A DNA stretch of 63,097 nucleotides, counting the filler, from Collodictyon triciliatum (Eukaryota), in the NCBI GenBank assembly GCA_043381765.1. It is 6 parts of 5 records of this genome, joined end to end, with 100 filler letters (N's around TTAATTAATTAA, not from the genome) between each part and the next. Parts side by side here need not be neighbours in the genome. Positions count along the whole stretch, not along the records: positions 1 to 5,571 come from JBHJMP010000256.1; positions 5,672 to 14,763 come from JBHJMP010000257.1; 4 more parts are not named here. One strand, written 5' to 3'. The number at the start of each line of letters is the position of its first letter. Position 1 is the first letter of the stretch. Both the position numbers and the translations under genes were made by a program. Under the pieces are notes generated by a model, which was not told the DNA's origin, searched no databases, and was given only the letters and a program-made list of their open reading frames with translations. Shown piece by piece: positions 1 through 14,763 of this stretch.

Positions 1-2
1 TC

Positions 3-772
3 GAGCGGCTATCTTCTACAATTCAGGAAAAAATGCGTCAACAAGAAACAAAAAAAATTATGATAGATGAGGAGAGGAAAAAATTCAAAAAAAGAGTGAG
101 TTATGAACTTCTTTTTCTTTTTCTTTTTCTTTTTCTTTTTCTTTTTCTTTTCTTTTTCTTTTCTTTTCTTTTCTTTTTCTTTTCTTTTTCTTTTCTTTTT
201 CTTTTCTTTTTCATTTCTTTTTCATTTCTTTTTCATTTCTTTTCTTTTTCTTATCTTTTTCTTATCTTTTTCTTATCTTTTTCTTATCTTTTTCTTATCT
301 TATCTTATCTTATCTTATCTTATCTTATCTTATCTTATCTTATCTTATCTTATCTTATCGAGGGACCGGCATAGTAATATTATAATTGGGTCGATAAAAT
401 TGTTTACAATACAATTGCTGAGTTTTGTCTTAAAAGCTTGAGTGTTAATTTTATTCATTCATGTAATATCTAAAGACTGTTACAAAAAAATCCTTTATTC
501 GATTCAAAGAAAGACTATTTCAAATATGAATTTTCAGTTTGGGCTTGATGGAAGTAGTCGGCGCCTCCAGTCAAGCTCGTCTTTATCGAGCATCACTCCC
601 CGAGAGACAGTATATATGGATGAGTTAAAACCTAAACTTTCCGCTGAAGAAAGAGCACATATTAACTTTGCTATTTTACAAAGGCAAAAGCAGTTGCGTT
701 TCATTTCGATTATTCTATGTTACCATATCTAATTTTAATTAAAATGAAGATATATTGCATATATCACTTTTA

Positions 773-863
<91 letters not shown>

Positions 864-1667
864 TAATTTGTGATGAATTATAACTTAATTTGAATTTGAC
901 CGGGTGAATGCAGGTTCCTGCAATCTCTTCTTGAAAAGAAGCATGAGGAACAAAATAGACAACTAGTCGAAGCAGAGAGAGTTGTTAGAGTTGCTGCAAA
1001 GTTAAGAGATTCAGTTTTATCTAGATTACAAATAGACGGAGCCCGAAGAGAGTCAGGTTGTGATTGACACATTTCCATTATGTTTTGAAGTAGTCCCCAA
1101 GAAAAAACAATAAAATACACTTTTTATATGACATATACATAGCCGGCTATTGATAAAATATTGAAGCTTCTGCCCTTATTAGATGATGAACCAAACACGC
1201 GAGGTGCTGCACCGAATACAGCTGAAGAAATTAGTTTTTGGAAAAGGAAAAACATACTGAATGAAAACTCAAAGGTAATTAGAATTATATTTGGATGAAA
1301 GATATATGTATAAATAATATTATGAAGCAAAGCAGTGTTTAAGAGTTTTATTCGGTTTTTGATCACCCATAGGTTTTTTCTTTGCAAGGCGGATATGAAG
1401 ACATTCGCAGTGAATTATTACTCAGAGGGTATATATATTGGAGAGAGCAAATCATTTTCAAGTTATCTGAAATACTGAAAGTTATATTGAATACTAGATG
1501 GGTAGAGAATCCTGATACACAAAGTAATCTATTTGATCTCAAGTGGACAACTTATTCTGCTGACATTAATTTCCGAGTACTTTCGAAAAAACAGCAAGTC
1601 AATCACTTCGAGGGTGTTGAAATGTTGACTACTAAGGTGAAACATCTTACCTGCTCCACTCTTTCTT

Positions 1668-1732
<65 letters not shown>

Positions 1733-1843
1733 CATATTTTTTTNNNNNNNNNNNNNNNNNNNNNNNNNNNNNNNNNNNNNNNNNNNNNNNNNNNNNNNNN
1801 NNNNNNNNNNNNNNNNNNNNNNNNNNNNNNNNNNNNNNNNNNN

Positions 1844-1933
<90 letters not shown>

Positions 1934-4900
1934 AAAAAAAAACTTATATATACCTCATATTCTAGCTTGGATTATGCAAATCATTAAGACAGTTAACATG
2001 GCTGGAGAGTGAAGACCTGGACAAGTTTTATCCAAGATGCTACGATTTAGGAGATGAATCAGAACTCAAGGATTTTATTGGTATATGTTATGAACATTCG
2101 TAGTGTTGCATCTCGAATTATTGTAAAGATAAGCATAGATGTTATGTGTTTAGATGACATAATTAAAATAATGTCAATAAAACCCCAGTTATTATGTATA
2201 GTTCGTTCTCAATCTAACTTTCTTAATCGAAATGTTGAAGATGATTTTCGGCTTACCCTTGTTGAGGGCATAATAAAAAAGCTAGTAGAACACCAAGGAA
2301 ACGTCCTCTCAGTAGTTTCTTGGGGAGAAAATGTCCCTGAAAAGATAGGTATCCCCTTTTTCTAATTCCAGCCATACTTTTCTTTAGATTTTACCCCGTC
2401 CTAACATTACAAATAGATTTTGAGTATCTGTTTGTATAATCATGTGTTTTGAGTATAATATTGAAGGTAATTTTATATCTTCCCAGTCAATCACCCGAAA
2501 GCGTCTCGAATACCACATTATATTGTTAATATGGCCTTGAGGGCTTGCAGCTTCCATTTGGAGACATTATTGCTACAAGAAAGTTTAAGAGAGGTTTTAT
2601 TTATTTATTTAACCTTTTTTTATTCCTTTTATATTCTTTTATATTCTTTTATATTCTTTTATATTCTTTTATATTCTTTTATATTCTTTTATATTCTTTT
2701 ATATTCTTTTATATTCTTTTTTATTCTTTTNNNNNNNNNNNNNNNNNNNNNNNNNNNNNNNNNNNNNNNNNNNNNNNNNNNNNNNNNNNNNNNNNNNNNN
2801 NNNNNNNNNNNNNNNNNNNNNNNNNNNNNNAATTGATGTTAAAAAAAAAAAAGGCGAGAACAAAGAACAGCAAATGAAAGAGGGAAATACAAAAAAGAAC
2901 AGAAAGAAGATAACGTCCTTTGTGGTTCCACTAAAGAATATAAGGATGAGACCTCTTCGTTCATATCCATTATTGTCCCGCAGGGAGTATTTCCAACAGC
3001 TTGGTAGTTGGGCGACATTTTGAAAAGAATACGTGCCCAATCATCACCCAATATCCTCTGAAGTGGAGGTTCATCTGCTTGTTTAAGACTGCGTCCGTTT
3101 GGTGGGATTGTTTGGATTTGTGGTATACAAGGCTAACGCGGATATTATGGATGAAATGAGCACATGTACCTTCCCAAAATACTATGAAGTATATAGTAGA
3201 AAATGCTAGGATTGAATTCATTGTTGAAATCATAAACTAAAATCACTCAAAAATGAAACTTCAAATGCAATAGAAGAATAATGGTTCTTAAACAACAACA
3301 AAAAATATGAATAGATGGAATTGGAGATATGAAATAATCGTTTCATTAAAGTGAGAGAATAAGTGAATATAGTGTTACTAAATTGGGATTTCGCGAATAT
3401 ACGGCAGCTTGGGTATCTTGCGTTGTTGTCGGTAATGGGTTTTCCATAAGGGTTCCTGGGCCCGAAGATGGAGGATGGTATGATTGAGGTTGATGTTGTT
3501 GTGGGTGGCTGGGATAGGTATGGCTGTATGAACAGTCTATTTGACCATGGGATGCCAGAGAAGAATCTGTAGACCAATGCAAGTTGCTTTGCTCTCCACC
3601 AGAGTCTGCCGATGCTTTGCCGCTGGATGGACATGGACTGATTTTTGAATAGAGATAATGATGCTGTGTTTGTGTTGCCTGCTGGTGACTTAAGTCTCCC
3701 ATGGGTAATTGCGGGCCTGGTTTTTTGGTGGTTTGGCTCGGTATCGGATGCATGCAGGTGTCATTACTGCTGGCAGCTACCTGTCGACTGCAAACGATGA
3801 TAGGAATGGCAGTGACTTACAATTTTAACTTTTTTTTTGTTTTTTATTCTTTTTTATTCTTTTTTATTCTTTTTTTCTTTTTTTCTTNNNNNNNNNNNNN
3901 NNNNNNNNNNNNNNNNNNNNNNNNNNNNNNNNNNNNNNNNNNNNNNNNNNNNNNNNNNNNTCTTTTTTTATTCTTTTTTATTCTTTTTTTATTCTTTTTT
4001 ATGTTCATGTTCATGTTTAACGTAAAGAAATTCATACAGGATGTGACTCCGGTTTCCCTGTGTCGTTCGATATTTCCTTTGAGCGAAGACGAATGGGAGA
4101 TTATCATGACTCTACCAATGACAAAGTTCAGGATAACACTCGAGCTTTCTCATATGATATTCTGTGAATTGGAGGCTGAATCAAAGGGTCTGAAGATGAA
4201 GGGGAAAGGGAAAAAGTATCACTTCGATTTTAATGAGCCACCAAGCGAGGCGGACACGCTGGCCAATGCAATATCAATATCAAAAGAACTTCGGTTAAAA
4301 AATCGTCAATATGAATTGAATGGACTCTACAATATATGGATTATTAAACCCTCTGGGTCATCTAAGGGTTTCGGTACAAAGCAATCATTTCCGCTATTCT
4401 TTTCTTCTTTTTTTTTTAGTTTATTTAATTTATGCGTATTTTTTCTCTGCCTAAATACATTTGGATATTAATGTTTATCTGAATTCATCCATCCTAGGTG
4501 TACGCTGTACCCAAGATTTGAAAACAATCCTTGCAGGGAGGAATGAAAATGCTCGTGTTGTTCAGAAATATGTCGAGGTGCCCTTTCTGATAAAGGAACA
4601 TAAATTTGACCTTCGGCAATGGGTTCTGGTAACATCATGGGACCCACTAGTGATTTGGTTCTACAAAGACTGTGTTCTACGCTTCGCCTCAGAAAAGTAC
4701 AATATACAAGATACAGAGAACAAGTATGCATGATAAATTACGTCTTATCATTTTCCTATTTGAATTAACTAATGTAGAGTGTTCTTTAAAGAAACATTCA
4801 TCTTTTTGTATTACCGTTTATATTTTATTAGAATCGAATAAAGGAATATTTTATTGCTTTTGATTTATGGTTATATCGACTAGCTGCTTAGTCCTATGAA

Positions 4901-5336
4901 AAATATGACATATGATAATCTCCTTTATACAGATTTTGGCTATTAAACATATTTACTTGTAGATTTGTGCACTTGTGCAATTACTCCGTCCAAAAGCAAA
5001 ACGATAGAATGGAAAATGAAATTGGGTCTCTCTCTTGGACATCCGAAGAGTTTCTAGAGTATATCAGGTTTCTTTATTTTATGTTGGCACCTTAAGAGAA
5101 TTTTGGTCTAAAATGTCAGGAATTACTTTCTACTGGTTAGCTTTAATCTCGTTTTTGGGAAGTTATGACCTTGGCCACCCGGCCTTCATTAATGGGAAGA
5201 AAATTTTCGCTTGAATACACATTGCAGGAGGGAGACTGGTGACGAAGGAGAATGGCACTCAAAAGCGAGACCCCTAATGAAGGATATTGTCATTTGGTCT
5301 TTTCGGTGCAGTCAACCATACATAAGAGCTCGCCAG
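3..5336 (+). CDS. TTLL3: Tubulin glycylase, TTLL3/TTLL8-like (multi-exon, partial at both ends)
   Basis: GT-AG splicing gives WKRKNILNENSK|VFSLQGGYEDIRSELLLRG|WVENPDTQSNLFDLKWT...VNHFEGVEMLTTK|LGLCKSL...FYPRCYDL...|YNIWIIKPSGSSKGFG|...VVQKYVEVPFLIKEHKFDLRQWVLVTSWDPLVIWFYKDCVLRFASEKY|FVHLCNYSVQK. These are TTL ATP-grasp motifs with TTLL3-type N-terminal blocks. The gene runs off the scaffold before the FELYGxDF motif. Confidence 0.9.
108..358 (+). repeat. Intronic (TTTTTC)n then (TTATC)n microsatellite
   Basis: Directly visible; lies in the first visible TTLL intron. Confidence 0.95.
2915..3782 (-). CDS. Possible two-exon antisense gene fragment inside the long TTLL intron (hypothetical)
   Basis: A minus-strand open frame at ~3782-3403 (Ser/Pro/Gln-rich) ends at GCC|gtatatt and splices in phase 0 to gttag|CCT at 3132, which stays open to 2915 (AC|gttatc followed by a pyrimidine tract). 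The block lies between two assembly gaps. Confidence 0.4.
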
Positions 5337-5571
5337 GTGAACTATATAATTATCATCGAAGAGAATATTTGAGGCCTCCTATTATCCAATATTTCCAATC
5401 CTTGCTTTTCTCGTTTCCTATGATTTGCTCATTTATCCCTTTTTTTTTTCTTCTTTTTCTTCTTTTTTATTCTTTTTTATTCTTTTTTATTCTTTTTTAT
5501 TCTTTTTTTATTCTTTTTTTATTCTTTTTTTATTCTTTTTTTATTCTTTTTTTATTCTTTTTTTATTCTTT

Positions 5572-5671
5572 NNNNNNNNNNNNNNNNNNNNNNNNNNNNN
5601 NNNNNNNNNNNNNNNTTAATTAATTAANNNNNNNNNNNNNNNNNNNNNNNNNNNNNNNNNNNNNNNNNNNN
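5572..5671. other. Artificial scaffold spacer N44-TTAATTAATTAA-N44 (also at 14764-14863, 24071-24170, 42304-42403, 49439-49538)
   Basis: An identical 100-nt block with a six-frame stop linker occurs five times, and genes are truncated at it. Confidence 0.97.
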
Positions 5672-5834
5672 AANNNNNNNNNNNNNNNNNNNNNNNNNNN
5701 NNNNNNNNNNNNNNNNNNNNNNNNNNNNNNNNNNNNNAAAAAAAAAAACAAAAAAAAAACAAAAAAAAAAAACAAAAACAAATAAACAATACTTAATATA
5801 CGGCAGATCCAAAATCCATCAACGAGACTTTCCG

Positions 5835-7524
<1,690 letters not shown>

Positions 7525-7776
7525 GATTTTATGCAAGAACGAATTGATAGTGCTAGGGAACAACCCGGCCCAGGAAGTTTGCTGGAGACGCAAAGATGTG
7601 GAAAGGTGCGTGAAAAACATGCGATGTATGTGAAAAGAGTGCGCTTCCTTGGCTGCCTTGCAGTTGGGCGGGGTGAAGATGGGAAAAATAATGAAAAGGA
7701 ACGAGTCGAGTGCTGCAAAACAGTCGAATATAAGTGGAGAAAGGGGTAGGAAAGAGAAAAAAAGGAAAATAAAGGT

Positions 7777-10700
7777 CTATTTGCCGTGGCTGTGGACTTC
7801 ATAGTCTTCGCTGCCTTCCATCCCATCCTCATATTCACCCTCGTCAAAGTCTGCACTGAATTCATCATCTTCCTGCGTTCCAATTGCAGAATCACGACCT
7901 TTTCATGAATTAACACACAACCACGAGATTAGGAAATATGATACGAATTCCGAGCACCAGGACATAGTTGAAGTGTTCTCATTAAAAAGGGAGGAAGCAG
8001 GAAAAAGGTTTTCCAAAAACAAACAGAAACAAACAAAAACAAAACAGAAACAAACAAAAACAAAACAAAGAAAAAGACAAAGAGAAAAAAAGACAAAGAG
8101 AAAAAAAGACGAAGAGACAAAGAGAAAAAGAGACAAAGGGACAAACGTAACCTTACCTCCAACTCCATAAGAGCCTCTCATGCTTGTATAAGCCGTCATT
8201 GGGCTGTCATCAGACAGGGAGCGATTGAAAGCTGCTTTTGTGTCTGCAGCATTTTGGGCTCTGAACAATTTGTCAGACTTTGCCGATGTTGGTGTGGTTG
8301 TCAAGGAATCCACGACACCGTAGTCGTCGTTTGCTGCATCACCAACCTCGAGGATTCCTTCGTCATCGTCGCCATCAGTATAGACAGTGTTGAATTTTGT
8401 TGCAGGGTTGTATAATGCAGAAAGTTGTTTGCTTGGCTGCCTCGTTGATGTCGGATTCATTTCAAACGTGTATGCTTTTGAAGAAACAGCGTGCACGTCT
8501 TTATCGTTTTCATACTCGTCCTCATCTTCGTCCTCATCTTCATCCTCGTCATCATAATTATCATCCTCATCTTCCTCCATATATGACCTTTGAAGGGATG
8601 GAACCGTGCCAAAGCTTTGGTCTGCTTTTTTTGGTTGCAATGCAGCTGACAAAGGACGTATTTGTCTTGTGGCGGGGTTGTTGATTTCTACCATTTCTTC
8701 GGCATCTGTACGGTCGTATTCACAGCTATCAAAGTCGTCATTATCATCGTCATCGTCCATAACCTCCTCTTCGTCATCTCCATGGGGGTTTGTAACATAT
8801 TTCCCCTGGGCATATGCACCAGAAGATGGTCCACCGATGACTGGACGGGCTACATTTGGGAAGGATTTAGGAGATTGGGGCAGGATTAAATGGCCCGAAT
8901 GAGGATGGGAGATTATGCAAGGTTTGGCTTTTGGTGACGTCGTATCATAAATACCGCTTCCTGTGACATTCGGGCTTGGTCTAGTAGGTGTCAAGCTGCT
9001 TTTACTTGCACCAGCTTCAGTTCTGTCAACAACTCTACCACCACTTTTCTCCATTTCGGCCTCATCGTCGTCACCGACGTCTATGTCATCGTCGTCTAGA
9101 CTTACCCGAACATCATGAAAATCCTCGTCTTCTTCGACTTCCTCGTCTTCGACTTCTTCTTCCTCGTCTCCATACATAGAAAGGCGTTGCGGCGGTACCT
9201 CTTTCATCACCAGACCGGAGGCTTTGTCTTTAGCCTCTGAAACTTTACTCGAGCCGACCCCCAACCCCCATGGCTTGGGACTGGAGCTTCCGAAGTGTTC
9301 CCTGATATCTTCATCGTTGGGGTCTTCCAGTTGCTTATCAAGTTTGTACATTTCCTTGTGTATTTGGGAGTATTTTGAAATGTTGCTGTACTCGGTGACC
9401 TTTGGCTTGGGCTTCATGACATGGTCTGTGACACTGGGCTGCATATACGTGTATCGGTCATCTTCATCCGCATTCGGCTTCTTTCCATCAGCAGGCCTCT
9501 TTGCAACTTGTTCTCCAAGCACTGAAAACTGCTTGGTGCTTTCCTCGCCACTAGATTTGTACTTGGACAAAGGGTTGGTTAACACACACTCCTTTGCTGC
9601 GGCTTGTTCAGATGTTCGAACTTCAAACTCATCGTCCTCTTCTTCACCATCTTGTTCCTTTTCGGGTGCCTCACTCTTCTTTAATTCTTGGCCGTCATAA
9701 TCTTCGTACGTCTCTTCTTCTACATCGTCATCGTCGTCGATGACTTCTTCCGCTTCATCACCCAAATATGAGTCCCTTTGCTGAGGTTGACCAGATGCGG
9801 ACAGATTTGCGATGGTAGGTTTTAATGCCATCTTCGAGTATGGTTCATAGTTTGCGATGGAACGTGGTTGCGGTTTCATCGCCTGCGGAGATGAATCAGG
9901 TTCTGGGCTCATATTTTCGTCGTCAATGTCGTCATCGTCGTGTATGTAGTCGTCTTCTTCCTCTTCTTCAATAAACTCATCGTCATCATCATCATAATCA
10001 TCATCGCCACCGTCTCTATCCTCTTCCTCGTCATCATATTTCTCCACAACTTCCACAGCAGCTGTATTTTTGTCCTTTGTCTCACTCAGAGCCAGTTCGC
10101 TTGATTGTGGTTGCGATGCTTCCTGGCTTGTGTTTCTGCTAATGACGTCTCCCTTGGAAAGAGTATGTCTTTGCTGCGCTGATGGTGAAGCGAATTGCTT
10201 GTGTGAAGCTGGTGAGGAAGAATCAAAGCTGTTTGGTGATGTGGTTGTGGTAGACTTTGTCACGGGGGATGGTATTTGCAACGGTGTCGGTTTTGCTACT
10301 GGTGTTTGGTCTGATTGCACAACGACCTTCTTGAGAAGGGGTGATTGGTCGTCCTCATCAAGGTCGTCCTTGTCCTGTGGGGTGCTCTCTTTGCTAGCGT
10401 GGCTCGCTGATTCTACATCAAGTTCGTAATCATCGTCAGCCAGACTTTCAACTTCTGTACACCGGATACTACAGTTTCCGTCCTCTTGGAAAAAGGTTTC
10501 CTTGTAGACAACAACGCCGTGAAGTGATGTATTGAAAAACTCATCTTGGATGCACATACCTTTTTCTTTCAACGGGGCTGCCATTCCTCTGGTTTGAGAA
10601 GGCTGCGCCGGCATATTTGGGAGATGGCGTTTTTGGGAGAGGGATGTGAAATGTAGCTCGTTTTCTTCTTCATCTTCATCAGTCTCCTCATCGTCATCCC

Positions 10701-12349
10701 CATCATCGCCCATGGCAAAGATATCAAATTTCTTTTCCCCTGAAAGAAGTGTTCCATCAGATTGATCCGATGCAAAATCAAAATACCCATCACCATCAAC
10801 ATAGTCTTCGTGAACATCAAGCAGACGTATATAAATAATTGCATTCGAATGACTACCTTGCGCTTTCAGATTGGTTGTAGCCAAGGCGTTTAAGGTTGCT
10901 ACATATGAATGTTAATGTGCAATAAAAATATTAGGTAGAATTCCTTCTATCAATTATTAGTACTTTTTTTTTTGTGTTCAAAATTCATATTTTTTGTAAT
11001 AGAGCAGTATCTCAAAAGAAATATTATTAAAATAAAGGGAAATACAGACAGTAATAATCACGGTAGGGAAATTAGGTCAAAAAAAGACATAAATATCAGA
11101 CACGCAATAGTTTATTCCATTATATTTTCTAATTCACTTTAGCGAGCTATATGAACAAGCATGCATCATTATCTGCAACAAACCTGAAGGTAATGCACTC
11201 GCAGAGACAGCCTCGCTCAACATATATGGTGCATTTTCTCTTGCAGAGGTAGAACTTGATGACAATGGTGAGGATGGGGTTCTGTCAGATTCTCCCAAGT
11301 TTTTTGGCGAGGCTTTTGTGTCTTGAATAGAAAGATATATTTTTTGGAGCTTCGTCTCTGGTTCTTCCTTTGATTTTGCGCCCAAAATTTCTGCTGTTGA
11401 TAATTCCTTGGTGTTTGGTTGTGTCAAACCCACAGCTTCATTTTTAGGTGTTTCTGCTTTCTGGATAATAGTTTTTGCAAGTCCAGATGCTAATGAAGAA
11501 TCCTTTGCACTTTCATGGAACGGGAATTCTAAGTCGTCGTCCAGACCGAGCAGGTGAGTCTCACGAAGGGATTGGGGTGTGCTATTTACGTTCGAGGAAG
11601 GGAGCGAGAATCCTCTGGATTTAGATTCTATAGAGGTACTAGATTTTTCGTCAAAGTTTATCAAGTTTTGTCTCGCTTGGTTTTGTGGTTCGATTTTAAA
11701 TGACTTGTCCTGCTCCGTCTGCAGTTTAACTTCATTTTTATCCAAACGGGCTTGCAAATCAGCAGATTTCTTTTGCTCCTCTTTTAATTTAGCATCATTC
11801 GAAGTTAATTGTGCTTGTAAATCAGCAGACTTCTTTTGCTCCTCTTTTAATTTAGCATCATTTGAAGCTAATTGCGCTTGCAAATCAGCAGATTTCTTTT
11901 GCTCCTCTTTTAATTTAGCATCGTTTGAAGCTAATTGCGCTTGCAAATCAGCAGACTTCTTTTGCTCCTCTTTTAATTTGGCATCATTCGAAGCTAATTG
12001 TGCTTGTAAATCAGCAGATTTCTTTTCCTCCTCTTTTAATTTGGCATCATTCGAAGTTAATTGTGCTTGTAAATCAGCAGATTTCTTTTGCTCCTCTTTT
12101 AATTTAGCATCATTCGAAGTTAATTGTGCTTGTAAATCAGCAGACTTCTTCTGCTCCTCTTTTAATTTGGCATCGTTTGAAGCTAATTGTGCTTGCATAT
12201 TGAAAACAGCTTTTTTTTGCTCCTCCAAGATGGTGCCTTCGCTCGCTTCTTGTTTGATCTGTTGACCTTTCATATCATTAACTTGCACCTCCAAGGATTT
12301 TACCGAGCCTTCCAGTATGGATATTTGAGACTGGAGATTCATTACCTAT

Positions 12350-12387
<38 letters not shown>

Positions 12388-14763
12388 ATTAAAGAAAAGT
12401 GATAGTAGGTGCACAAGTTTTTAACAATTGGTTGGTTTTAATTTTTGGAGAGGAGCGCGTATCCTCCTCCAAATATTTATGATGCATAGCATATACATAA
12501 ATATGACTGCAATGTCATGCTATTAACTATAAAGTATACGAGATCTAAGAGTGCTTACCTGGAATGACTTAATATCGTTTTCCTGCTTCTGGTGGGCACA
12601 GGTTTGCTCCAGTTGCTTGCATTTATTTTCTTTGTCTCGAACGTATGAATCCTTATCAGTCACCTGCTCTTCGACATGTTGTAATTGCGTCTTCAGACTC
12701 TGTATGACATTTTCCATTTCTATATGTCTCTTCTTCAATACTTCAGTCTCCTGCTCCTCTCTATCCAGTTCAGCTTTCAAGCGTTGTATCTGCACTAAAT
12801 CTCGGTCCCTATCAGACTGCACAGATTCCAAAAAAGTCATTTTGGCTTCGAGCTTGGCTTTCTCGAGTTGTGCAGCATCTCTTTGCTGCATCGCATCGGC
12901 CAACTGTTCTTTCAATTCACTGAGTTCGCACTCTAGCTGCGAAGAGTTCGTTTCTCGCTCCTGGTAATCATCCACAGACTTTTGGATTCGGGCGTTCTCG
13001 CCGATTTCGTCATTAAGCTGCTCCTGAAGGTCTTCTACATTATGCGTCAGTCGCTCTATTTCAGCCAGAGATTCGTTTAGCTTTGTCTGCAAGGAATGCA
13101 TAGAGTCCTCATGCTTCTGGTTACTTTCGTGAATCACTTTTTCCAGGGACTTTTTAGCAGTTAGTTCGGCCTTATGGGCTTCTTGGAGAGTTGATATTTC
13201 TTGTTGGTAACCCAATGTGATGGCTTGCAGCTTGCTGTCACTTTCTGAGAGCAGCGTTTTATATTTCATCTTCTCTTCGATTTCGCTCCTCCATTTGTTT
13301 GTGGTCTTTTCAAGTTCATCACCCAGACGTTTCTTTTCACGATTCAAGGAAGCAATTTCCAAACGCGTTGATTGGAGAGATCTAAGCTGTACAAGTTGGC
13401 TCTCGATCGTGCGGAGATCTTGCATGGACTGCAGTTTGGCCTTTGCCACTTCCTTTTCAAGGGCTGTAGCTCTCTGCACTAGGGTTTCCTTCTCGGCTTC
13501 CCAGCGAATTTCATCAGATTTTGCTTTGCGCTCTTGCTGCTCGAGTTGAAGAGAGATTTTCTCATAGTTTAATGTGTTGGCAGTAAACTTTTCAGAAATA
13601 ACCTTGATTTCAATCTCCATGCAGGTACGCTTGGATTGCTCCTCTGAAGCGAGATTCTCTTGTTGTGTGAGGCGCTCTTGACAGACTTTTAGTTCACTTT
13701 CCAATCTCTACAATCGCGTATGCGATTTGAGAAAAAAAAAACAATCGATTTAAACGAGGAAAACAACCTCCTTCAGGTAATGTCACATAATTTACGCGCA
13801 TGGAAATAACGTGCATTAAGTCAAACATTGTAAAATAAAGTAATTTCAACTCTGAAATCACTAAAAATAAATAAATAAATAAATAATAATAATAAGAAAT
13901 GTTGAAAGGGCTTAAAAAAAACAGGGAGAAATGTGAAAACGAGAAATTATTAACACATAACTTGGTCATTACATATGTATGACAAGGACCGACATAAAAA
14001 CGTTAAAAAAATGGGTTGATATCCTTTTCATTTAGGAGAACGGAGTGAAAAGAAGACTCAAGTGCAAAGTATCATCACAGAAATATAATCTTCGAATCAA
14101 AAAAACTGACCTGTATCTTTGCGACATACAAATCAAGATTCTGCAAATCCTCCATGCAAAAAGACTCGTAATCCTCTGATGGTGTCTGTGGACTTCCCCC
14201 AAATCTTCCGCCTGTGCCCTTGAGAGCAGCGTCCTTCTCGGAAAGAAGCCGATTGAGCGCTTCTACTTCCTCCTTATGCTTGGCCTCAGCAGCCTTCAAG
14301 GAGTCCAGGTTCTCCTTCATCGCCCTCAACTCTCGCTGCAAGGCCTCTGCATCGCCCGTCACGTTATAACATTCCATGCGCTTGCGGAAATCCTCCAATA
14401 CGCGATGCGAAATGACCAGTTTGTCATACTTCCTTTGCAACTCCTGCAGTTCACGCAGTGGAGCCACAGGTTCAGACTCGTCTGATGGAGGATTTGCATT
14501 CGCCATCGTCATGGCCGTTACAGACGCAGGGCGCAAACGACTTGGTGAGGCCAAAGGCGACCGCGGATAAGCGTTAGCTAGACTGCCATGATTGTGGTTG
14601 TGCGGCGCCGCATCGAGAATCGGCGCAGACGGCGGGCGCTTTGGCGAAACCGCAGGCGAGCGCTGATTGCGCAGGTGCAGAATCTGCAGCAGGAGCGAGC
14701 GATTGACTTCTTCCAGGTTTGCTGCGTGGTCGCGTGTCTCGTGCAGCTGCTGCTGGAGTGTGG
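7777..14763 (-). CDS. Large (~1950+ aa) protein with an N-terminal coiled coil and a very acidic disordered C-terminal half; 5' partial
   Basis: Track ORFs 14075-14554 (open up to the spacer), 12523-13704, 11134-12342 and 7903-10884 plus a last exon ending ...EVHSHGK*(7777) join in phase at GT-AG sites (CAG|gtcagt, CAG|gtaagc, G|gtttgt, G|gtaagg). Confidence 0.8.
11750..12196 (-). repeat. Coding 63-nt tandem repeat, 7 copies (LKEEQKKSADLQAQL[A/T]SNDAK)
   Basis: Visible directly in both DNA and protein; copies differ mostly at third codon positions. Confidence 0.95.

Noticed and set aside
2349-2486. Possible U12 intron (donor GTATCCCC)
   Set aside because: The donor deviates from GTATCCTT and there is no TCCTTAAC-like branch point near the acceptor.
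5616-5627. Recurrent palindromic TTAATTAATTAA as a biological element
   Set aside because: It is always centred in an identical 100-nt N spacer; it is a six-frame stop linker added when scaffolds were concatenated.
11750-12196. CRISPR-like array
   Set aside because: Head-to-tail coding repeat with no unique spacers, in a eukaryotic exon.
11579-12265. Plus-strand 228-aa Cys-repeat ORF
   Set aside because: It is the antisense shadow of the 63-nt coiled-coil repeat.
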